Made by a program: the position numbers and the translations under genes | NCBI GenBank assembly: GCA_017499595.2 | Contig: CM039005.1 | Location: 2,852,001-2,916,000, forward strand | Direction of reading: 5' to 3' | DNA length: 64,000 nucleotides | DNA from: Psilocybe cubensis | Lineage: Eukaryota | In this document: positions 25,267 to 35,744 of the stretch, in pieces | Layout of the letters: every line of letters starts with the position of its first letter | Position numbering within the stretch: position 1 is the stretch's first letter | The notes under the pieces: generated by a model | Seen by the model: only the letters and a program-made list of their open reading frames with translations | Told to the model about the DNA's origin: nothing | Database searches by the model: none

Positions 25267-25960
25267 CTATTGCGAAACCTTTTGAAATTCAAAGGATTTA
25301 GCATTGTAGTTGCGTTCAACGAATTCAAGGTCTTCCATTGCAGTCAATTCAATCTCTTGCAACCAAGATTGTGTCTTCTCTAGCAGTTTTGCAAGAGCGA
25401 CTGTCTTATTCCACTCTGGGCCAACTCCTGAACACATATATATATGGTTTTTATATCGGGAAATTGGCCCAAGAAAGTGCTCTATCTTGTCAACCGATTC
25501 CGATAATTCGTGCATGTCTTGATTGCTGATAAACTGGAGGCAGATTGCCTCAGTATGTGCAATAGGATCCGATTTGATAAAGGTGTTGAAGCGCCGGTAG
25601 ACTCGAAGAACTTCGTCCAACCAAGTGGCCGCCGGTGGCTTTGACTTGGAGACAGGCTCTTGTTCAACAGCCTGTGCTTTACGTGCCGTTTCAATTCTAG
25701 AAATGAAGATTAATTCAATCTATAGAGATTATGCACATTCATAATCAGCAGGAATACCTTTTTTGTTGGATGCGAGCATATTTTCTTCTGCGACGTCGGT
25801 TTATGCTATCCTTGCATCTAAAAAACATTATAAAACATGTTTGTAACCAGATTTATGGGAGGAAAACAACTGAATGCTACTTCTCATAATATTTCTTGCT
25901 CTTCTGCCTATTTGCGGCAAGTTTCTCAGCTTCAGAAAAATACTTGCGCTGTCGTCCCAT
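25267..25960 (-). CDS. Transposon accessory protein 3, basic N-terminus and helical C-terminus
   Basis: ATG 25960 MGRQRKYFSEAEKLAANRQKSKKYYEK, then introns, then last exon ORF 25267-25620. Confidence 0.65.
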
Positions 25961-26540
25961 TGGTAAAGGTGAAAGCCAGGTAGCGATTTATTAGAAACTT
26001 TGCATTACTTACACGCCATTTCAGGGCTTCGTCTGACTTTTTTAACTACCAGGTAAACCCCCCCTCCAAAGGGTACCAATTGAAACATTGAATTAATCTA
26101 CACTCAACTCTCGTCATCCAGAGCTTTACAACCATCTGTGCCGATGTTCTATGGTTTTTGAACTCTGCAAGATAAGTTTTCAGGCTATGTCTAGACTGGG
26201 ATTGAAAATGTAAAATAATAATAGAAGACCTTACCGTCATCCATTTGTTCGTTGGCTATCAATGGCTGGCAGCACCCTAATGTCAACCTTCAGCTTCATT
26301 ATCCATTTACTAGTCCTTTATTGATTGGGACTTACTTTACCGTCATCCATTCATTCAATTGTTATCCATGAGTTGTTTGCAACACTCTTGTCCTCGTTGT
26401 CCATTTCCTTGCCTGTTATTGATCAATTATTTTTGCTGACTCGCTGCTTATAAGTTGGGATGAACGCCACAAAACTCATCTGCATCACCTTTGACCTGCC
26501 CATAGACACCACTATCGCGTTTATCAGCAACTCACAACCA

Positions 26541-27069
26541 ATGGCCAAGGTTAAGCAAAGACGCCGTCGTACAGATAATTTCAAAGGTCCATCGGTGAGT
26601 AGACTTGAGCCTGATTGTTATAAAATGTGATCATTTTTACTAAATTGTCGTTCAAATTTGTAGGCAGTCACAATAGAGCCCGGCATTAGACCAGTTACAT
26701 TGGATACGAAGTCCAAACAAGACAAATTTCTCGCCGATGCTGGCCCATATTATCGCCAGGCCAAGTCTAAGGGAGAAAAGGAAGAGTTTCTTCACGAAAT
26801 CAGCCAACTTTGGTTTAGAATTTGGCCGGAGGATCCGTTGAATACGGCAGACATTGATTTTGCACGTCACAGACAAAAGAATATTATGAAGGTGAAAGTT
26901 GTGTTTATATTTTTGTATGCCGCTAACTAACGTCTATATGTTACAGAAAATCAGAACAAGGCTGTTACTCCTCGGTGCCTTTGGGATTGTGGAAGGAGAT
27001 ACGTTGTGGAGGGACTTTATTGCTGCCAAAATGCACGAGCTCCATCCTGACAAGCTACCCTCTGTCTGA
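26541..27069 (+). CDS. Transposon accessory protein 4 (3 exons, small)
   Basis: MAKVKQRRRRTDNFKGPS/AVTIEPG...FLHEISQLWFRIWPEDP...NIMK/KIRTRLLLLGAFG...DKLPSV*, with canonical GT-AG introns. Confidence 0.7.
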
Positions 27070-27144
27070 TCTAGCCACTGTTTTGTTCGGCTTAATGTAC
27101 CTACTACATAGTGGTCCAGATTTTAAATTTGCACAAATTATACT

Positions 27145-30100
27145 CTAGTGACACTCAACCATTTTGTATGCATTACGGCCTTCTGACATGGTCGTCAACT
27201 TCTCTGTTACACCATCCCATTGTTTCGCACAACGGTCACCTATATCACGTCGTATATCTGCCTGTTTCTTTGCATAAGCAATCTTACCAGAATTGATAGC
27301 TTGTGCATCTCGGTTAGGTACATCCGTCGAGTCGATGATATCCTGTGCACGAGAATCCCACTGAGCGGCTTGCCAAGCAAAAAAAGCAATAACACGGCGC
27401 ATCTCCTCTGCTAATAATACACACTCCTCTTGCCAGCGATGTGCGCGTGCACGGGCTTTGCACCATTCGATACGAAGAGCTGGACACTAGCATTTGTTTG
27501 CATTCAATTAGGTAAGGTAAAGACAACACACCTGCCTGTGTACACTTTTCGGCGTCTTCGCCCATACCGTGTACCTTCCATATCCAGGACAGTTTCTTGC
27601 GGCCTTCACTTCCAGAGTCGTCCATAGAGCTCAGTCCTCTAACATCAGTGTCCAGCAGTGGACGAAGGATATCACGCCACGTGTAGTATACCGTTGGCGT
27701 TGAAAGCAAATCAAGAGCTTGATACGCAACATTGTATCGCGCTGTTGCAAATTTAATCTTTTCTTCAACAGCTGCGAGCAACGTCAAGCTTCTTGTCTGC
27801 ATACGCTGTCCTCGTGAGTGTCGCTTTTTTGAGTTTAGCATATGTGAGCGAAGGAGTAAGAAAGCACGGAGGTTGTTGAGGCAATCTTCAGCCTGGGCAT
27901 ATCGGTACTGCGATTCGCATTTTAGCAATATGTGGGATGAAAATCGGATGGTTTCTGTGTTGTAGGAAGGCAAATATAGCTTGATATCCTGTACCGCTAC
28001 TGGTGTCTCAGCCTGCAAGTTTTCGCGCGCACGCAGAGCTGCAACTGCAGGCATATAAAGGTGCTGTATATTTATCCAAGCATCAATGCGTCGTTTTAAT
28101 GAGTTTGATCGTTCGAGAATTTTAGTCTGTTGGATGTTCGTAGAATGGGCTCCAAGTTTGGAGATGTCAAGCGCAAGTCGTGCTCTAGTCTTGTTTGTAA
28201 CCATGTAAAAAATAGCCTATAAACGACGTACTGTGATTCCTCAAGCTGTAAGCCCTGTGATATCAAGACACTCGGAGTTACTTCCTCATGTAAAGTAGTC
28301 ATCTCTCCGCGTTTTAATGCATCTGAGTCCTCACGAGCTAATTGAAGACGAACATCGGATTCCTTGACAGAACCTAGCAATGCACCATAAACAATAGAAC
28401 AAGAATCAGAAAAATACACGTACTATTCTTCGGAATCACATAGGGATTCGGTTGACTGGAGTCCTTTTCCCATGTCAAACACATCTGGGTCCATTCCGAC
28501 GTCGATTCTTCTGGCAATGCAGCGTCAAACTCAATGAACGCCTCGACCTGTTCTTGTCGCTCTTGAATAGCTTCCTTCGCTTTCCGTAAAAATGTTTCAA
28601 CTAAAGTGCTTGTCAATATATGTGCATAGATTGCAGAATATTACGACGTACCAATCGTGATAATTTTTCGCCAGTTATAATCTCCAAAATGGTCATCCAA
28701 TGTGTCGTTCCGAGACCCTGGCCCCATTTCCTTTGTGCTGCTGGCTATACCGTTTGCCGTTGCCCATCCTCTCTCTGGTGCCTCCCCATCTGTGCGCCCA
28801 ACTCCCGGAGTATAGTTGAAAGAGAAAGACGTTTGGCATTTCTGAATATGAGCAGCAAGGTGGAATTTTGGTACGAGGTAGACAATGGAGAGATTTGATG
28901 GATCGGAGAGCACATTCTTAGGATATAATTGGCACCTTTTCATGAGATTGATCCACCATTGGCAGGCAATGTCGTAGGAGACAACAAGACGGAGTAAAAG
29001 TGTGGCTGCGATTGTTGATAAGAAGAAATAATCCATATTAACGTATCTACGGCATCATGTGAGTCATGTTGACATGCAAGCATGTGACTGAAGACCTTAC
29101 CTTTCACCCTTTTGTAAGTCTCCTACTGCCACGGGTCGCTTCATGTCGTGTCGACTACATTCGGCTGTACCAAGTCCACTTGCTGCTGTCCCATGTCCAC
29201 CTCGTGAGTTAGCCGATTTGATAGCATCGTGGTTATTGCATGAGCTCTTTTCATCTGCAACTTGACCATCGTAGTTTGCCAAGTAGTTTTTGAATTTGCA
29301 ACTCTCAACCATATAGGCATATCCATGATTAAGCCCAGGGTCTCGCTCATCTGTAGATACGTTCATTCGCTTCAAACGAAAGTTGGCATCAATAGCTATA
29401 AAAAGAGAATAAAGCCATCTATTTTTGGACGTGACAATCAGACCCAATTGCCAGTGGACAACACCAACGAGTAAAAATTGGTACGTACTGTTCTGATTCT
29501 GGCCTCTCCTTCCAATTGTCGGGTAGATTGATGCCCGGGTGGGGACATGCAGGACATAGAACAGCACATTCACCCTCTTTAGTCCCATTAACACCGGTCT
29601 CAGAGTGACCTCGACCCATCCGTTTGAGGAGACGTACATGACGCCACTCACGTATGATCCTCAAGAAGACAGGATATCTGTCCTACATATTGAATATTAA
29701 AGATAGCAGGATAATAGAAGAAATGGAAGAGCTCACTGGTGGTGCCTTTGTGCCGGTGTTGTCTGTCAACCGTGATAATGTAGAGTAATACTCGTATCCC
29801 GAGACCTTCGAGTTAAATGAAAGGAGCTGAAAGTGTTCCAGCACATCAAATGTAGCCGCTGTTTTGGGATCGCCTACTGTAGAAGGAAATAAGCGGGCGC
29901 GAAGAAGTTGGATGGGCTTGGATGGTGCAGAAGGGCACCCGCAGTAGTCTAAGGCAATTTCATGGATTCCTGTACGCGCAATGACCACAAATTCGTCGTT
30001 GAAAGCTACCATTGGTATAGGACAGTCATCATGTCCCAGCTGCACTCGCATTCCAAGTTTCTTGAGGCTGGTCCTGCGAAAGTAATGTCCAGTCCAGACC

Positions 30101-30845
30101 TGCAAATTTGTCAATAATTCAGTATCATCATAGCCAACCCCACTCGCCTCGATTCTATGAAATGGGTTGACCGAATGAGACCGGAGAACACAAGCGAGAC
30201 ACAACAGAGATCCGCTCCAACAGTCTTTGCAGCGAAACGCGCCTGCTTCGAGGTCCGAAATACACCCAATTTCAGAGCATTTCTGGAGATTTGCCTGCCC
30301 ACCAATACCCTCCAGCCGGAGAAACTCTTCAACGTAGGTGTCAATATGCGGAGTCCAGAAGTGGATGGGATGTGTCTAATCGAATATGTGAGTGGTAGGT
30401 GCTGAAACACACATCTATTAGAGCAGGAAACTGTACGTACCGATTGTGTTTTTCGTTTTTTCTGTGGAACCTCTTCTTCAGGATCAGCTTGAACCTTATC
30501 TCCAGTCTTCAAGTTTGGCTTGAGATAATTCTTTAGCCCCAATGCCTCCAATTCGCATTCTGCCATTTCTTCCAACTCAAGATCACCATCAAAAATCCTA
30601 TACGGAGATTCTTCGCTCAGCACCCAATCAAGTCGAGGAGTAGGCGATTCCACAGAGCCTAGAGGAGGGGGTGTGGGAAGCATAGGCTGAATTCCTTGCG
30701 GCAGCGGCATCCGTATGGTATGGTGCGTGCGTCCATGGTATTCAGTGTGAATGTCGCCAAACGATGCTGTTTTCGCGTCTCGTTCATCAGGAGAGATATA
30801 TTCGTCATAATAAACCTTTTTCTTGCGATTCACTCGGCGTTTCAT
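27145..30845 (-). CDS. KDZ transposase with CxC2-like cysteine cluster
   Basis: Exons encode FRCKDC...CLACVLRSH..NPFHRIE, QLGHDDCP, TGIHEIALDYCGC, CAVLCPACPHPGINLP, AIDANFRLKR, ECSRHD...GDLQKGERY, SYDIACQW, VPKFHLAAH, GRTDGEAPERGW and LDDHFGDYNWRK. No stop or frameshift was noticed. One GC-AG intron lies near 30147. Confidence 0.93.
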
Positions 30846-30969
30846 GTTGTAAGTTGAAAGAACCTGCGAGCTAAGTGTATACACAAAAGAGACAAGGAAG
30901 CTTTGAACAGAAACGTCATTTCCAAGGAGACTAGAAGCGGAAACAAGAGGATGTATAACTCATACTGAT

Positions 30970-32065
30970 ATGGATTATTAGCTCAGAGTGGTTGATGGAT
31001 ATTTTACAAGGAAATGGATAGACTTCAAACATTGATGGACAGTAAGGAAAGGTATCAATGACAGTGAATGATGGGAAATGTTACGGGGAACCAAATTAAT
31101 AAGTGCCTGATCTTCACGGGTGACAAGCGGGATGGATTAACGGGAGGCCATGGATGACAAGGGCATTCAATAATCAACGTTGGTATGGATGGAGACTGCG
31201 CACTGCACGGGTGTCAAGAGTGATGGATAAGTAGAGGGGCAATGAATGATTAGGGCAATAAATGAGCGCGATGGATAATGAGAAGAGAAATGGATGTTGA
31301 GGGTGATGAATAATGAACGCACATATCGATAGGCGCCTGCACTACGCGGGTGTCAAGCCTGATGGATAATCAGAGAAATGGATGTCGAGGGCGATCAATA
31401 ATGAATGTGGGAATGGATGAGGGGCAGCCTGTGCAATGGTGGAGGGCGATGGATAATAAGAAAGGCAGTTGATGTCGAGGATGATGAATAATGAACATAG
31501 ATATCGATAGGCGCCTGCACTGTGCGGGTGTCAAGCCTGATGGATAATCAGAAAGGCAATGGATGTCGAGGGATATCAATAATGAACGTACATATTGATA
31601 GGCACCTGCACTGCGCGGGTGTCAAGCGTGATGGATAATCAGAAGGGCAATGGATGTTGAGGGAGATCAGGCTGATGGATAATTATATGGGCAACGGATG
31701 ACAAGGGCAATGAATAATGAACGTACATATCGATAGGCGCCTGCACTGCGCGGGTGTCAAGTGTGATGGATAATCGGAAGGGAAATGGATGTCAAGGGAG
31801 ATCAGGCTGATGGATAATCATATGGGCAACGGATGACAAGGGCAATGGATAATGAACGTACATATCGATAGGCGGGTGCACTGCGCGGATGTCCAGCGTG
31901 ATGGATAATCAGAAGGGCAATGGATGTTGAGGCCCATGGATGACATACTAGTTATGGATTACGAAGGGGTATGAATGACAGCGTGGGTATTGAATAATGG
32001 CTCAGCAGTTTGGGGAATACTATGGATAAAGTTCTAATGTATCTATCATAAAGGCGTTGGATAAT
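30970..32065 (-). repeat. Right subterminal array, ATGGATAA-rich, higher-order repeat of a ~45-bp monomer
   Basis: gataggc recurs at 31328, 31506, 31597, 31732 and 31867 (spacings 178, 91, 135, 135). Confidence 0.9.
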
Positions 32066-32157
32066 TATTGATGGGGAATGCATTGCCGTGGCTCATATAT
32101 GAGGTATGCGCAAGGTCTTCTGGAGGTTGATATATAAGAACGACTGCTACGCCTCAG

Positions 32158-32535
32158 CTGGAAGGGAAATTAAGTTAAGATGTTATATAAGCAGTGGAAG
32201 GAACTGACGCGTAGAAGGCACAAGAATAGCCATTGGAGATGACCAAACTTTCCGCTCTGTTTATCCATTTGGGCGGGAGGGTGATACATAGATCAGGACC
32301 AGAATATTCAGGAAAGTATGAAGCACCGCCGAGAGAGGGTTCGTCAAAAAATATAATGGAGAATACATCGGGGGCCTGGTTTAGTGGTGTGGGCTACTGT
32401 ATTAGTACGAATAACATGAATATAGTAAGCATTAAGAATTTAACATACCCGCGCAACAGGGGGAGCGGCTTGTGCAACCATAGTCGAGGACAGTGCTCCA
32501 AAGAGCAAAGCAATAAGGTTAACAGAGAATTTCAT
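32158..32535 (-). pseudogene. Exons 1-2 and intron 2 of the second crystallin-like secreted protein gene, interrupted by the KDZ element
   Basis: MKFSVNLIALLFGALSSTMVAQAAPPVAR/APDVFSIIFFDEPSLGGASYFPEYSGPDLCITLPPKWINRAESLVISNGYSCAFYA. Intron positions match the paralog. Confidence 0.9.
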
Positions 32536-33663
32536 GTCCGTGAGGGCTGACAGTGAAGAGATTGCTTGGGGTAGCGAATCAAGCAATTTGCTGAGGACCT
32601 TTATTCTCAGCGCTGGCCTCGTTTATATATGTGGATGCAGTCTAGTATTTGATAATACTGCTCATGTTTGACTTCTTAAACATCTCCGACTTCGATAAAG
32701 AATATTCTAGTCTCAGCAGAGCCAACGCATGGAATGGAAGAAACCATGAGCCGAAATTAATATATAGTATTGAATTTTCAATCCTGGGAACACGAACAAC
32801 ACAGAGTTATATACATCTTCTAATCGGGTACGCCACCCTCCACCGTGAAATTTTTCTATAGCATCAAAGATCGTAATGGCATGGGCAACATTTGAGCAGA
32901 AGGCAGATGGTTGAAAGTGCGAAATAGGGTGGTAAGCCTGGAGGTGGAACTGAACTGAGAAAGGTCCTTTCTAGGGAGACAAATATTCTTTGATGCACTG
33001 TGTCGTGTCAACTTTCAAGCGCACTTCTCCTACTGAGCCGCACTACCTTAGGTTAGACTTGGGTTAAATACTGGTTTTAAGTAACACCTCCATTATTCGG
33101 CTCCGGGGTGCCTTAGCGAAAAATAATTTGCGGTGACTAAGCCAAAATAAGAACGCATATTTGCGCACTAATAGACATACTATTTGCAGTGATATTGTTC
33201 CGTACTCGCATGGCAAGACGTCCTGGAGGTGACAAATAGAAGGGTAGCATGAAGCTACCTCGTTTCTTACGAAGAAGCTATGGTGAAGCCATGGAATTTT
33301 GGTTGTAGTACGCGGAAGCGCGTGTGGTTAACAAATATCAAAGAAACGACGGGATACAAAGGATGTAGTGTACCGACTGTTGTCAATACTTTGAATCGAT
33401 AATACTCAGAAGAATCTTTAATACGTAAACGAATATACCTTATGTTATTTCAAGCATGGTCTCATCGGAGGCTTTGGAATGTAGTCTTCATTACAGTCGA
33501 CGATTGTCTTTTGATTATGGCCAGGTATGCTGATACAATATAGTCAGAAATACGTGAGGAATACGGGACAGCGAACGCATGAAAGGAGCTCATACATTTT
33601 CAATAGTCCTCAGCTCATTGCTCCAGTCTCTACTGCACAACAAACCACTCACAAACCATCAAC

Positions 33664-34048
33664 ATGAAGTTCACCATCAGCATCTTCTCCCTGGTCTTTG
33701 CAGCTGTGTCCTCAGCTCTGACTGTCCAAGCCGCTTCCCCCATTGCTCGTGTACGCAAATATCTTCCATTTCAATAGGAAATCAATACCATCCACTATAT
33801 ACAGTTAACATGACTTTTAATAATAAGCAACGATTGAACTATACGCCATATCTTACAGCAGTAGTCCTACGAGCATCAATTTAGTGCCATCTAATATACT
33901 GGCAATTTACAACGGCGTCAGATTTGGAGAAATATGCACCATCTGCGCAACGGACATACCATGCTACGAAATAATTACGCTCCCGGCCCCGAACACCTAC
34001 ACGGGCACGAACACATACATCCTCCATGTAACCCAGCTCCCATGTTGA
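33664..34048 (+). CDS. Possible third, divergent or decayed small secreted protein of the same family
   Basis: Signal-peptide exon MKFTISIFSLVFAAVSSALTVQAASPIAR followed by a GT donor at about the equivalent position. Downstream LAIYNGVRFG resembles ITFYEYTSFRG, but the rest does not align. Confidence 0.4.
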
Positions 34049-34519
34049 TCCTCAGCTTTGCTCGAGGAACCCTCGACGCAAATCATTTGGGCGCTTTCCG
34101 CTGCCGAAGAATCCTTGTGAGGAATTAAGCACATTGAGTAAACGTGAGGATTTCACGGCCTCTTACGTCTGCGATGTGCTCCGGCTTTGCAACCCCAAGG
34201 CGTTACGATATGGAATCTATCAAGAAACTGAATATAATACTGCGGCGAGCTGTTTTGTAGTACGCACCGGTGTTGAGAGAGTAGCGAGTAAAAAGAAGAT
34301 GTATGAGAGCATATATATGCAGATTGTAGTTAACCTTCGGACGTCTAGATACGGAGGTAGTTGAATGGCGGTATCGTTGAACCACCTCAGTCGATGTTGG
34401 TAGTGGTATCGTGCGTGTTGGTGCACGCTGATCTGGAGGAGAAACGCGCAGTGTTTGAGGTGATATACCGCCAATGAATCGTAGTAAGTCTACCACCCAC
34501 AAGGTCTTAAACGTCCAGA

Positions 34520-35517
34520 CAGGGGAACATCAGCGTACCGCCGGGTGTGGTGGTGCGGCAAGCCTCTTAACGTCCATATGCTGAGAGATTCTAGTGTTGA
34601 GGTGCCCTCGATGGCTTTGGGGTAGAGTTATATGCGCTGTGGCGAAGCGGTCGAGTCGCGTAGAAGGGCCCGATATGTATGCACGTTTTGAATGCGCCGT
34701 CGAACCCTACGAGGCGAACTGGGGTGACGAGTTCTAGTTCTGATAAACTGGACATGGGCCGTGCTGGAGTCAAACATCCATCAGAATGGGAACCTGGGAC
34801 GCGTTTTAGAGGATTTCACAAGTGGCTTAAACGAATAGTCATGGATGACAGTGCGAACGGTGGTAAATCGTATGACGTGTGACTGGGTTTGGACGCAAAC
34901 GAGGGTTGTTGATATATCAGTAGTTGATATAGGAAGGAGGCTTTCAGATTGGTGCATAGATAGGTAGGCAGATGTGCAAAACGGGGGGGAGGCGGAGACA
35001 GGTCAAGGTTCGGGGTGAGGGTGACATTGTGAATGTAATGATGCATCCCAAAGGCCTTCTATCGGCCAATTAAGACAGTACAGAGTTGGGGATCCGGGGG
35101 AAATATGGTATGTCATCGAAATGGGATGGGCAGAAAGTGAATAGGGTAACTCTGTATGAAAGCAGAGGAATGAAGTGGCAGATGGACAGTGGATCAGGAG
35201 TTCCTGGAGCACCATATAGCGGAAGAGAATCAAAAGATAAATGAGAAACGCACCTGGAATGGCCAAATACCTCTCCCGAGAACTTGACAGCCATGGCCTA
35301 TTTTGCCCTTTAGAGTTGCTGTCGAAACGATGCAGTCACCCTCACCCTCACTTCCTGATCGCCCGTGTTGATCCGATGGAGCTCCGAAGTACAGTCTATG
35401 CGAGACAAAAGTTGGGAGGGGAGCTGGGGTTTGGTTAGCTCACATTGACTGCGTTCGAAATTCACGTTGAAGTTTGATTTTCCCGATCGCGGAGTTTAAT
35501 TTTTAAAACCGCGCAGT
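34520..35517. repeat. Diverged ~1-kb direct repeat, copy 1 (copy 2 ~38975-39908), flanking the MFS gene
   Basis: Shared blocks ctcttaacgtccatatgc, ctggagtcaaacatc, aacttgacagccatggcct and gatcgcggagttt.atttttaaaacc.cgcagtt occur in the same order. Confidence 0.8.
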
Positions 35518-35744
35518 TTACATGTCCACTAGAAGGCGGGGAGAACATTCACAAATTTGCCGTGCTTGTAATTTAAATACGCTATTTAGAGGACATTTTA
35601 CACATATCAACCATGGATTTAAACTCAGGCATAAAGGAAAAAGGGGTGGAAGAAAGTCAAGGCTACCCATTACCGGTCGCCGTATTCTGTAGATATATGG
35701 TAACATGTTACAAAAGCTACGAATATCCAGAGGCGCAACCAAGT

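Larger units (their letters stand above)
19874..32155 (-). mobile_element. Full-length KDZ-superfamily DNA transposon (12,282 bp) with five genes
   Basis: TSD AGCTGGA at 19867-19873 and 32156-32162. The element splits a host gene. CTTATATAT lies at offset 18 from both ends, inverted. It has inverted subterminal arrays and a CxC2-KDZ transposase. Confidence 0.92.

Noticed and set aside
30970-32065. CRISPR-like appearance of the repeat arrays (also 19960-20500)
   Set aside because: Eukaryotic context, no unique spacers, degenerate tandem units and no cas genes. They are explained as transposon subterminal repeats.
19866-32162. 8-bp TSD (Zisupton-like) reading of the junctions
   Set aside because: The eighth base differs on both sides (A versus C upstream, C versus A downstream), and the offset-18 symmetry fits 7 bp.
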